NCBI GenBank assembly: GCA_963674895.2
Contig: CAXXCY010000001.1
Location: 189,567-253,566 of the forward strand
Source: Candidatus Limiplasma sp.
GTDB taxonomy: Bacteria; Bacillota; Clostridia; Christensenellales; Aristaeellaceae
Length of the DNA: 64,000 nucleotides
Direction of reading: 5' to 3'
Below are positions 25,345 to 34,478 of the stretch, one piece after another (position 1 is the first letter of the stretch; each line of letters opens with the position of its first letter). The notes below the pieces were generated by a model that worked only from the letters and a program-made list of their open reading frames with translations, searched no databases and was not told where the DNA came from. The translations under genes and the position numbers were made by a program.

Positions 25345-26739
25345 TCATTCCGCCACGGTATCAAGCGTCAGCGCGGGCACGAATTTGCAGAACTCGCGCA
25401 GCTCCTCCGTGTAATCGCCCTCGATTTCAGCCATATGGTGAATGTAGGGACCATCCACGAGCTTACGCTCCCAGGCGCTGAGGTTTTTGAACTTCGCCCA
25501 CAGGTAGGTGCCGAAGGTATAGGGGCCTTCCGTGGATTCGCAGGTGCCGGCCAGAAGGCTGTATTTCCCGTCGTCCTGATCAAAGCGCGCGATGGTGAAC
25601 CTGCCGTCCTTCACCTGGAACCACTGGCGCATGTTCACCTCTTTGGCGGGCGCTCCTTCCTTTTTCAGGCTGTAGGCGAACGGCCCGCAGTGCCACAGGA
25701 GCTCGCCGTTGGGATTGTCCGGATGGCGGACGGTGAACTCCCCGAAGAAGGGAATTTTCGTGCCCAGGCTCGCGCAGCTCAAAAGCGCCATGCTGATCAC
25801 GCCATGCAGATCGCTTTCGCAGGAGATGACGTACCCCATGTCGGCCAGGATGCTGTAGGCGGTGCAGGGCATCGCGCCCACGGCCAGCTGCATGGCGGTC
25901 CAGCATTCGGCGGAAACGGCCTGCACGTTGTAGGTTTGAAACAGCCATTGGTACAAGAGCACAAAGGCGTATACTTTTTTCAGAAGCGGGGGCGTGAGAT
26001 CGTCCATCTCGTAGCGGGAGAGCAGAAGCTCCTTGCCCTTTTCCAGCTCCGCGTCGCTTTCCTGAAGGATTTTGTTGTATTTGTCGATGATGACCGCGAG
26101 GTTGACCGGGATCACCTGCAGCCCGAAGCGCTGCATCAGCTCCCCCTCGTTGAAAATAACCGAGCAGAAGGGCTTGGGCCGCATGCCGACCTGCGCGATG
26201 CGCATGCCGGTAAAGTTTTTGAGCATGCAGCTGACGGACAGGAATTTCCCCAGGCCTTTTGCAAAAATCTCACTCTCCACCGCGCAGCTTTCGATAAAGC
26301 TGAACGGGATGTTGAACCGCTGCAGCTGGCGGCTGACGCCGAAGACGCCGCATTGGCTGTCGGTAAAGCGCATGCCGTCGGGCATGAACTCGTCGTCCAG
26401 CGGCGCCCAGATGCACACGGGCTTGCCCACCCCGCGCGCGACCTGCCCGGAGACCTCCTCGCTGCCGAAATTGCAGTTGATGAGCAGCACGGCGTCGACC
26501 TTCTCGGCCTTGAAGCGCTCGATCACCTTTTCCGCATCCGCCTCCGAGTACATCACGTCCACGGCATTGATTCCCTTGAGATCGACGAACGCGACGTTCT
26601 CCGACGCAAAGTGCTCCTCAATATAGGCGACGGTCCTGTGGCCGCGCTCCTCCGCCTTCTCCCAGTTGAAAATACCGGGGCGCGGGGTTACGTCCCGCCG
26701 CACAGGCGCAAGCCCGATTTTGAGACGATAGTCCAGCAT
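25345..26739 (-). CDS. L-fucose/L-arabinose isomerase family protein (COG2407-type, short form)
   Basis: 464 aa. N-terminal Rossmann-like region (VDAVLLINCNFGSE), DSQCG and CESDLHG blocks characteristic of the FucI/AraA-related family. Much shorter than canonical FucI. Confidence 0.75.
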   Translation of the reverse strand: MLDYRLKIGLAPVRRDVTPRPGIFNWEKAEERGHRTVAYIEEHFASENVAFVDLKGINAVDVMYSEADAEKVIERFKAEKVDAVLLINCNFGSEEVSGQVARGVGKPVCIWAPLDDEFMPDGMRFTDSQCGVFGVSRQLQRFNIPFSFIESCAVESEIFAKGLGKFLSVSCMLKNFTGMRIAQVGMRPKPFCSVIFNEGELMQRFGLQVIPVNLAVIIDKYNKILQESDAELEKGKELLLSRYEMDDLTPPLLKKVYAFVLLYQWLFQTYNVQAVSAECWTAMQLAVGAMPCTAYSILADMGYVISCESDLHGVISMALLSCASLGTKIPFFGEFTVRHPDNPNGELLWHCGPFAYSLKKEGAPAKEVNMRQWFQVKDGRFTIARFDQDDGKYSLLAGTCESTEGPYTFGTYLWAKFKNLSAWERKLVDGPYIHHMAEIEGDYTEELREFCKFVPALTLDTVAE

Positions 26740-26938
26740 GAAAACGACTCCCTTTCCAATTGCGGTTGCCTAGTTTGCCTCTATTGTAAAACCGGAGTCA
26801 CAAACCGTCTATACGCTATATTCATGAATTTATAAGTAATTTCCACAATCCTGTATATTGTGTTCCCGCGCCCTCCGGCTATAATAAAAGCAAACGGCGG
26901 GGATACGCTTAAAGAATAGGCTCCGGGAGGGACACAGC

Positions 26939-28048
26939 ATGCATACATTTCGGGTCGGCGTTATTGGCCTTGGCTTTATTGGCGCGCAGCATATCGACGC
27001 GCTTCGCCGCGTTCCGGCGGCGGAGGTGGCGGCGGTGTGCGACTTTAACGCCGAAAACCTGCGCGCGGCGCAGGCGCGCTTCGGCGTACCCAAAGCCTGC
27101 GCCGATTGGCGGGAGCTCGTTACCGATCCCGGGATCGACGCGATCCACAACTGCACCCCCAACGCCCTGCACGACGAGATCAATATCCTGGCACTCAACT
27201 CCGGCAAGCACGTCTACTGCGAAAAGCCGCTGTCCGCCAGCGCCGCGGGAGCGCGCGCCGTATGGCAGCTGGCCGTGGACAAGGGCCTGGCGCACGGGCT
27301 TAACCACCAGTACCGCCTCAACGCGCCTGTACAGGAGATGCGCGCCCGGTTCCGAAAGGGGCTCGCAGGCAGGCCGCTACTCGTGTTCGGCCGCTATCTG
27401 CAGGAATCGGGGGCGCGGTCCGGCGACTGGTCCCACCGGATGGAAAACACCGGAATCGCGAGGACTATCAACGATATCGGCATCCATTGGGTCGATACCG
27501 CCTGCTGCGTGCTGGGGCAGCCCGTCGTTTCGGTGATGGCCGACCTGACCACGCATTATCCAGTCCGCGTGGACGCGCAGGGGCAGGCCCACGCGATGGA
27601 TACCGAGGACACGGCCTGCGTTTTGATGCGCTTTGCGGACGGCACGCCGGGCTCGCTGGTGATTTCCAAGGCGGCAAACGGGCACAAGAACGACCTGCGC
27701 CTGGCGATGGAATGCGAGAACTACGGCATGGAATGGTCGCAGGAGGAGCCGGACCGGCTTATGCTGGGCCTCAAGGACGTCGGGTTTGAAACGGTCTATA
27801 TGAACCCTCGCACCTGCCTGCCGGAGACGCTGCCCTATATCACCGCGCCGATGGGGCACGTGATGGGCTGGCCGGACGCGCTGCGAAACGCCGTGGAGCG
27901 CTTTTACGCCTCGATCGCGGACGGGAGCTATCAAAACCCGGAGCAGCCCTACGCCACGTTTGAAGACGGTTTCCGGGGCATGGCGTTCACGGAGGCGTGC
28001 ATACGGTCGGGCCGGACCCGGCAATGGACGGAGGTGGAGCAGCCGTGA
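26939..28048 (+). CDS. Gfo/Idh/MocA family oxidoreductase
   Basis: 369 aa. N-terminal dinucleotide fold RVGVIGLGFIGAQH, and EKP in HVYCEKPL. Confidence 0.85.
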   Translation: MHTFRVGVIGLGFIGAQHIDALRRVPAAEVAAVCDFNAENLRAAQARFGVPKACADWRELVTDPGIDAIHNCTPNALHDEINILALNSGKHVYCEKPLSASAAGARAVWQLAVDKGLAHGLNHQYRLNAPVQEMRARFRKGLAGRPLLVFGRYLQESGARSGDWSHRMENTGIARTINDIGIHWVDTACCVLGQPVVSVMADLTTHYPVRVDAQGQAHAMDTEDTACVLMRFADGTPGSLVISKAANGHKNDLRLAMECENYGMEWSQEEPDRLMLGLKDVGFETVYMNPRTCLPETLPYITAPMGHVMGWPDALRNAVERFYASIADGSYQNPEQPYATFEDGFRGMAFTEACIRSGRTRQWTEVEQP

Positions 28049-28830
28049 TTCACGTGCTGGTATGGTATGAGGGCCGCCCGCTGCCCGAGGCGGCGGAGAT
28101 GGAGAAGACACTCTATCCCAAGGGCGTCCACGGGGCGCTGGGCGAGCTGTTTTCCGCGCAGGGGGATATGGAGGTGCGCACGGCGCTTCTGAAGGATCCT
28201 TCGCAGGGATTGTCCGACGAGGCCCTCGCGTGGGCGGACGTGCTGGTGTACTTCAGCCACAAGCATTGGCGCGAGGTGGACGACGCGCGCGTGGACGCCG
28301 TGCAGAAGCGCGCCCTGGAGGGCATGGGGCTGTTGCTGTTGCATTCCTCCCACGCAAGCAAGATTTTCTCGCGCATGATGGGCACGCGCACGCAGTGCCT
28401 GCGCTGGCGCGAAGGGCGTACGACCGCCGCCGAGCGCGCGGCCGGAGCCCAGGCTCCGGAAAACGACGGCGAGTGGCAGCGCGTGTGGCTGGTGTCGCCT
28501 TCCCATCCGATCGCCGACGGGCTTGACGGCGAGTATTTCGTGATCCCCAGGGACGAAACCTACGGGGAATATTTCGAGATTCCCGCGCCCGACGAGCTGG
28601 TTTTCCTGACGACCTCCCAGGGCGGAGAGGTATTGCGCAGCGGCTGCTGCTGGCGGCGCGGCGCCGGCAAAATCTTCTATTTCGCCTCAGGGCACGAAAC
28701 CTTCCCCGTGTACTACCAGCCGGAGGTCCGCCGCGTGCTTGTGAACGCCGTACGCTGGGCGGCCCCCTCCGCCCAACGGAAGAACTGGCCGGTGTGGGCG
28801 CGGGAAAGCCCGCGGGAACAGAACATTTGA
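28045..28830 (+). CDS. ThuA domain-containing protein (trehalose-utilisation-like)
   Basis: 261 aa from GTG 28045 (GTGA overlap with the upstream stop). VLVW...YPKG.H, DVLVYFSHKHW, LLLLHSSHASK, FYFASGHE. Confidence 0.8.
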   Translation: MIHVLVWYEGRPLPEAAEMEKTLYPKGVHGALGELFSAQGDMEVRTALLKDPSQGLSDEALAWADVLVYFSHKHWREVDDARVDAVQKRALEGMGLLLLHSSHASKIFSRMMGTRTQCLRWREGRTTAAERAAGAQAPENDGEWQRVWLVSPSHPIADGLDGEYFVIPRDETYGEYFEIPAPDELVFLTTSQGGEVLRSGCCWRRGAGKIFYFASGHETFPVYYQPEVRRVLVNAVRWAAPSAQRKNWPVWARESPREQNI

Positions 28831-28928
28831 AATCAGAAAATGAGGGTTGTGCACCCCAAAACCCCCGCAGTTAAGGACGAAGCCCTTGGCAGGGTCTTAG
28901 GGGTGCAACCCCTAATGTTTTTCCATCC

Positions 28929-30716
28929 CTAATAATCAGGATTATGGCCGAGTTCGTCCTCGTCGTACACGAGGGGGATGGAGATGGACACGAGCGTGCC
29001 CGCGCCTTTTTTGCTTTTGATCACGAGCGTCGCGCGGTCGCCGTAGATCAGGCGCAGGCGGTCGCGCACGTTGCGCAGGCCGATGCCGGCGGTATAGCGG
29101 TTGCCGTTCATCGGCTCGTTCGCGGGCCCGTTCAATATCTGCTCCACCGTTTCCCTGGGCATGCCGTCGCCGTTGTCCCGGACGGTGATCATCAGCCGGC
29201 CCTCGCCCTCCGCTTCGGCGGACACCGTCACCAGCGCCTCGTCCTCCGCGCGCCCCACGCCGTGCACCAGCGCGTTTTCCAGCACCGGCTGCAGGATCAT
29301 CGTCGGGATCAGCGCGTCGGCAGCCTCGGGCGAAAAGATGAAGGGCGTGGACAGGGTGCTGCCGTGGATATGGTGGTAGATGTGCGCGTACTGCTTCAGG
29401 CTGTCAAACTCCCGGTGCACGGTGACGAACTTCTTTTCCATGTTGCAGGTGTTCTGCCGGAAGAACGCGGAGATATGCTTGACCACGTCGCAGATTTCGT
29501 CGTTGCCGTCGATCTTGGCCAAAGCGTTCACGGTTTCCATGGCGTTGTAGATGAAGTGCGGGTTGATCTGGGACTGCAGCGACCGGTACTTGTACTCCAG
29601 CATCTCGTACTCGGCCTTGCTCTTGCGGTTTTCCTCCAGCACCACGCGGGCAAGCAGTTCCCGCGTTTCGCCGATCATCCGGTTGAAGTGCGCGGACATC
29701 AGGCTGAACTCGTCCCTCGTTTCAATGGGCACGGACAAGTTCATATTCCCGGCAGCGACCTCGTCCATGGACTTGGCCAGAAGGCGCATCTGCCGGGTCA
29801 TGCGTTTGGTGATCGCCATCACCGCGAGCGTACCGAACAGAACCCCCAGCAGCGCGACGACAATGCCCGTGCGCAGCACCGCCTGCTTCACGCTGTTGAG
29901 CGTCGCCGTGGGCAGGAACCCGACGGCGGTCCAATCCTCCCCCCGGTGGACGGACAAGGCGAATTCCTTTTCCACGCCGGCATCCCCGCCGCCGTTTTGG
30001 AAAACGCGCTCGGCCTCCGCCGCCATGGCTTCGTCCGCGCCGCCGACCGTGGCGATCGTTTTTCCCTCCTTGTCCAGAAACACGAGGGCGGAGTTGAGGC
30101 TGTCGTTATCCGTGCCGAGGCTCGCGAGCATGGCGGGACGCACATTGGCGACGATCTTGCCCAGGTGCTGGATGGGCGAGAGATTGTACAGATCGCGGAT
30201 CAGGTAAATTTCGCCGCCGTCCCCACGCACCCACAGGGTGTGGCCGTAGGTATTGCGCCCGTATTCTTCCGTGTCCATCAGGGCGGAGGCTGCGCCAATG
30301 AACTCCTGCCCGGCAAAGGCGTTGCTGAAGGAGATCCCGTTGTCCATGCGGATATAGAGCAGATCGTGGTAGGACTGCGTGGTGATCATCTGGTTGACGG
30401 CGTAGATCATGCTCTGTACGTTTTGATAATAATCCGCGTCCTCCGAGCGCAGGTTGCGCATGGCGTACATCTGCGCGATCACGCCCTTGCTGGAGGCCTG
30501 GCTCAGCAGCTGCTGGGCCGCGGAGGAAGCGGCCGAGGAAAAGTTCATCAGCATCTGCTCGGTCAACAGGCTCAGGTGCGCCTTTTTGTCCTCCGTCGCC
30601 TGCCGGGAGGCCGTCAGCGTCAGCGTAACGGTAATGATCGCCGCCACGCCGATCACGGCGACGCAGAAGACCAGAATCAGCTTGAGGCGGTACGTGATGC
30701 TGCGCGGCTTTTTCAT
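28929..30716 (-). CDS. sensor histidine kinase, YesM/LytS-type
   Basis: 595 aa. TM, large extracytoplasmic domain, TM, HAMP, then YRSLQSQINPHFIYN, VRDNGDGM and GIGLRNV. Confidence 0.85.
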   Translation of the reverse strand: MKKPRSITYRLKLILVFCVAVIGVAAIITVTLTLTASRQATEDKKAHLSLLTEQMLMNFSSAASSAAQQLLSQASSKGVIAQMYAMRNLRSEDADYYQNVQSMIYAVNQMITTQSYHDLLYIRMDNGISFSNAFAGQEFIGAASALMDTEEYGRNTYGHTLWVRGDGGEIYLIRDLYNLSPIQHLGKIVANVRPAMLASLGTDNDSLNSALVFLDKEGKTIATVGGADEAMAAEAERVFQNGGGDAGVEKEFALSVHRGEDWTAVGFLPTATLNSVKQAVLRTGIVVALLGVLFGTLAVMAITKRMTRQMRLLAKSMDEVAAGNMNLSVPIETRDEFSLMSAHFNRMIGETRELLARVVLEENRKSKAEYEMLEYKYRSLQSQINPHFIYNAMETVNALAKIDGNDEICDVVKHISAFFRQNTCNMEKKFVTVHREFDSLKQYAHIYHHIHGSTLSTPFIFSPEAADALIPTMILQPVLENALVHGVGRAEDEALVTVSAEAEGEGRLMITVRDNGDGMPRETVEQILNGPANEPMNGNRYTAGIGLRNVRDRLRLIYGDRATLVIKSKKGAGTLVSISIPLVYDEDELGHNPDY

Positions 30717-32236
30717 GGTTCGGCCTTCTGGTTTCTGTATTCCGTGGGGGTCATATGCTCGATGCGCTTGAACGCGTTGTAGAAGGAAATATAGTTGCCG
30801 TAGCCCACGGCGTTGGCCACCTCGTTGACCAGGATGCGCGGATCGGACAGCATCGTGCGCGCGATCTGCATTTTGGCGGTCAGTACGTGCTCGTGGAAGG
30901 TGACGCCCGTCTCCTTGCGGATAAGCGCCGACAGGTAATTGGCGCTGATGCAGAGGTTTTCGGCCACGTCGTTGAGGCTCAGCCCGTCCACGGCGTGCAG
31001 GCGGATGAACTGCAGGGCGTTGCGTGTGAGCAGCGACTGCTGGGCGTTGTCCCGCGCCGCAATGGCCTCGCGCATCGCCTTGCAGAGCCTGACCAGGCAG
31101 TCCCGCACATCCTGCGTATTGCTGACGAACCAGGTTTCAAACACGGCGGTATGGATTTTTTCGTCCAGCGGGCAGGGATATTTCTTCCGGAGCGCCATGG
31201 CGTACAGCGTGACCATAGCTCTCAAGTTGCTGTACTGCTTGCCGCTTTGTTCGCTGATCACTTCCGCGGCCTCAATGGCGGATTCCTCGCTTAGATCGGT
31301 TTTTTCCAGCAGCTCGTCCATGGTGCGGTACAGCTCGATCACACGCTCGTTGGGGCGCCGCTCCTCGTCATCCTGGTAAAAGTTGCTCACGCAGGGGTTT
31401 TTGCACAGCGCGATTTCCCACAGGGCCAGCCGCGCCTGATGATACGTCGTGCGAATGGCGTGCTGCGAGGAGCCCAGCTTGCTGATGCCGATCCTGACCG
31501 GCGTCACCAGCTCCGCGTTTACCGTCGCCGCGATGCGGTCCGCCTCGCCGCGCCAGTCGTGTTCCGGGTCCTCCACGAACACGAAGATCACGATCGCGTC
31601 GTACAAAAACAGCGTGACCGCGTTCACGTTGAGGCGCGCGAGCACGGCATCCACGCGGTTGAAGGTGGCCGGGGAGAATACGCGCTCGTCCTGCAGCTGG
31701 ATGACCATGATGTAATAATTGCTGAAATCAAGCCCGACGTTGGACAGCATACCGCGCACGCCCTGACCGCGCTGGCTGTCGTTGGTTAAAAGGTTTAACA
31801 GCTGCACCCGGCGCTTGAGCGCCACCGCCTGCTCCAGCACCACTTCCGTTTCGCGCTTGCGGCGGGTCAAGGCGGCGGCGCGCTGGATGGTGTGCTCGAT
31901 CTCCTGATTATCGATGGGCTTTAATATATAGTCGAATACCGACAGCTTGATGGCGCGGCTGGCGTACTGGAACTGGTCGTAGCCCGTGATGATGATCACC
32001 TTGCAGTCCGGCAGTTCCTGGTGGACCGCCTCGATCATGTCCAGCCCGTCCTTGCGCGGCATGCGGATATCCGTCAGCACGATATCCGGGGATTCCGCGA
32101 GGATCAGCTTCAGCCCGCTTTCCCCGTTATTGGCGGTGCCCGCCACCTGGCAGTCCAGGGACTCCCAGCCGATGGTCTGCAAAAGCGAACGTACGGTCGC
32201 CGCGTTGTCTTCCACGATCACGACTTTCAGCGCCAT
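30713..32236 (-). CDS. response regulator with AraC-type HTH output (YesN-like, long form)
   Basis: About 507 aa from MALKVVIVEDN (AAAGGAG RBS). DIVLTDIRMPRKDGL, and a C-terminal YISFYNAFKRIEHMTPTEYR. The stop overlaps the kinase ATG. Confidence 0.85.
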   Translation of the reverse strand: MALKVVIVEDNAATVRSLLQTIGWESLDCQVAGTANNGESGLKLILAESPDIVLTDIRMPRKDGLDMIEAVHQELPDCKVIIITGYDQFQYASRAIKLSVFDYILKPIDNQEIEHTIQRAAALTRRKRETEVVLEQAVALKRRVQLLNLLTNDSQRGQGVRGMLSNVGLDFSNYYIMVIQLQDERVFSPATFNRVDAVLARLNVNAVTLFLYDAIVIFVFVEDPEHDWRGEADRIAATVNAELVTPVRIGISKLGSSQHAIRTTYHQARLALWEIALCKNPCVSNFYQDDEERRPNERVIELYRTMDELLEKTDLSEESAIEAAEVISEQSGKQYSNLRAMVTLYAMALRKKYPCPLDEKIHTAVFETWFVSNTQDVRDCLVRLCKAMREAIAARDNAQQSLLTRNALQFIRLHAVDGLSLNDVAENLCISANYLSALIRKETGVTFHEHVLTAKMQIARTMLSDPRILVNEVANAVGYGNYISFYNAFKRIEHMTPTEYRNQKAEP

Positions 32237-32369
32237 AGCGGCTCCTTTCACAATGCTTTTACAAAACTGCTTGTTATCATCGGGACTGTACGAAAATTAT
32301 AGCAAAAAAGCGGATGATTCTCAATCCGCTTCCCTGCGCATAGGGAGGTAACCGTAAGGTAAAATCGCG

Positions 32370-33263
32370 TCAGCCCTTCACGGCGCCGGACATGATGCCG
32401 GACACGATGTACTTCTGCGTGCTCAGGTACAGGATCAAAATCGGGATCATCGCCAGCATGAAGAACGCGAACGCGAGGTTAAGCTCCGTCATATTTTCTC
32501 CGAAGTACACGATCTGCGCAAGCGGCAGGGTGCGGCTTGCGTCGCTTCGCAGCAGCACCACGGCGACGCTGTAATCGTTCCAGACGAACAGGGTGTTCAA
32601 AACGATCTGGGTCATGTTCACGGGCGTCATCAGCGGGAAGATGATCCGCCAGAAGGTGCCGAACATCCCGCTGCCGTCGATAGCGGCGGCCTCCTCCATA
32701 TCCCGTGGGACGGTCTTGACGAACCCTGTAACCGTCAATATGCTGATGCTCACCTGGAAGCCCGACCGGGCGATGATAAAGCCCAGGTTGGTGCTCGCCA
32801 GCCCCGCGTTGTAGATGTTGATGTAGATGGGCAGCATGATGCACTGGAACGGCACCAGAATGCCGCTGATAAACAGCGCGTACATAAGCTTGTAAAACAG
32901 GCCGTTGTTGCGCGCCAGCACGAAGGCCGCCATGGAGGTCGAGAACAGCAGGATCAGCACCGTGGGGATGGTGGTGACGACGCTGTTTTTAAACCCGATG
33001 GCGACGTACTTGTTTTCCCGGATGACACGCAGATAGTTTTCCAGCGTCGGCGAGCTCGGCCACGCCAGGCGGTTCAGGCTGATGTCGGAGTGGCTTTTGA
33101 TGGAGTACAGAAGGCTGATGTAAAACGGCGTCAAAATCACCGCCGTGATGATCAGGATGAACAGCACGCGCAGGACGCCGTTTGCCACCGTGCGCGCGCG
33201 GCTGCGCCCGGCGTATTGGCCGAAGGAGGCCGAAGGGGATTGCTTGATCGCTTCCTGCGCCAT
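32370..33263 (-). CDS. carbohydrate ABC transporter permease (CUT1, MalG-like)
   Basis: 297 aa. EEAAAIDGSGMFGTFWRIIFPLMTP. C-terminus SGIMSGAVKG is identical in style to the permease at 7499-8335. Confidence 0.85.
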   Translation of the reverse strand: MAQEAIKQSPSASFGQYAGRSRARTVANGVLRVLFILIITAVILTPFYISLLYSIKSHSDISLNRLAWPSSPTLENYLRVIRENKYVAIGFKNSVVTTIPTVLILLFSTSMAAFVLARNNGLFYKLMYALFISGILVPFQCIMLPIYINIYNAGLASTNLGFIIARSGFQVSISILTVTGFVKTVPRDMEEAAAIDGSGMFGTFWRIIFPLMTPVNMTQIVLNTLFVWNDYSVAVVLLRSDASRTLPLAQIVYFGENMTELNLAFAFFMLAMIPILILYLSTQKYIVSGIMSGAVKG

Positions 33264-34156
33264 TACATCTCCACCTCCCGTTTCCTGAGAATGGTCGTGA
33301 TAACGTTGGTCAGCAGCACCAGCACGAGCGTCAGCAGGATCGCGCCCGCCTGGCCGAGGCCGGCCCTGGAGTTGCCGAAGATATATTCGTACACGAACAC
33401 GGCTGTAGTTTTCGCCGTTTTCATGTTGATGACCATCAGGGAGTAATCAAAACAGCGCAGGCCCCAGGAGAGCAGCAGCGTGACGTTTGCGGTGAACGCG
33501 GGCACGATCATCGGAATCGTGATGTGCAAAAACTCATGCCAGGGATTCGCGCCTTCCACGCGGGCCGCCTCGTAGTATTCCAGCGGCACGGACTGCAGCG
33601 CCGCGATGTAGATGAGCATACAGTACCCCATATCGCGCCAGATGGCGATTGCCGCGAGCCCGTAGATCACCTGCGAGGAAATGCCCAAAGGGCTCGGCGC
33701 GCCGGTGAGCGGCGAGAGAATATCGGTGTACACGTAGCTCCACACCTTGGTGGAGGCGACCAGCGATACGGTAAAGGGCATGAACAGGAGGGTGCGCATC
33801 ACGTTGTTGAAGCGGCTGGATTTCCAAAGCGCCAGCGCAAGCCCCAGCCCCAGCAGATTGGCCCCGATGATGTAGATCACGGTGAAATGCGCCGTATGGA
33901 TAAAGCTGTCCTGAAAGGACGAGCTGTTGATCAGCTTGATATAGTTCCCAAGCCCCACGAAATTCCAGGAATTCGCGAAAATCGCCTTCTTGTCCGTAAA
34001 GGACACGGGAATGCTCTGGATAAACGGAATCAGCACCACATAGGCGAAAAACAGAAACGCGGGCAGCATGAACAGGATATTGCCGCCGTGTTTGCGCACG
34101 GCGTAATAGCTCAGCCTGCGTTTGCGGTCCATGCGGGTTGGTTGGATGGTGGTCAT
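33263..34156 (-). CDS. carbohydrate ABC transporter permease (CUT1, MalF-like)
   Basis: 297 aa from MTTIQPTR (CAGGAG RBS). YEAARVEGANPWHEFLHITIPMIVP. The stop overlaps the next ATG by 1 nt. Confidence 0.85.
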   Translation of the reverse strand: MTTIQPTRMDRKRRLSYYAVRKHGGNILFMLPAFLFFAYVVLIPFIQSIPVSFTDKKAIFANSWNFVGLGNYIKLINSSSFQDSFIHTAHFTVIYIIGANLLGLGLALALWKSSRFNNVMRTLLFMPFTVSLVASTKVWSYVYTDILSPLTGAPSPLGISSQVIYGLAAIAIWRDMGYCMLIYIAALQSVPLEYYEAARVEGANPWHEFLHITIPMIVPAFTANVTLLLSWGLRCFDYSLMVINMKTAKTTAVFVYEYIFGNSRAGLGQAGAILLTLVLVLLTNVITTILRKREVEM

Positions 34157-34187
34157 TGCGCTCAGCTCCTGCCAGAGTTTGTAAAAC

Positions 34188-34218
34188 GCCGCTCGCGCGC
34201 GCAGGGCGCGCGAGCGGC
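34188..34218 (-). terminator. GC-rich stem-loop (attenuator candidate) upstream of the permease genes
   Basis: Perfect 12-bp stem GCCGCTCGCGCG / CGCGCGAGCGGC with a 7-nt loop, followed on the minus strand by GTTTTAC. Confidence 0.45.
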
Positions 34219-34312
34219 CGGGAGGTCCGCCGCGAAAATGCGGGCCCAGAGGTACTGTGGAAAGGGCACCGTTTCCGTACATATCGGGAAGCACATGGTC
34301 AACGTTTCCCCC

Positions 34313-34476
34313 AGGTAAGCGCTGATGAAAGAACGCGCATGCTGGCGAATTGGATTTTTGTCAGGTTGGGTTTGCGGGAGCTGAAGTAGTAGCAGCGCTA
34401 CGTCGAAGCTCCCGCAGGCCCAAGATGGCGGAAATACGATCGCCAGCGTGTGCCGGGGTTTCGTCAGCGATTACCT
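34313..34476. repeat. about 160-nt imperfect palindrome immediately downstream of the binding-protein gene
   Basis: Arms AGGTAAGCGCTGATGAAA...TTTGCGGGAGCT and AGCTCCCGCAGG...TTTCGTCAGCGATTACCT pair over about 70 nt each, with blocks of identity and internal mismatches. The loop is 24 nt. Confidence 0.5.
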
Positions 34477-34478
34477 GA

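Noticed and set aside
28944-30782. 612-aa plus-strand ORF antisense to the second histidine kinase
   Set aside because: This is a GC-rich antisense artefact. The minus strand carries complete HAMP, H-box and ATPase motifs.
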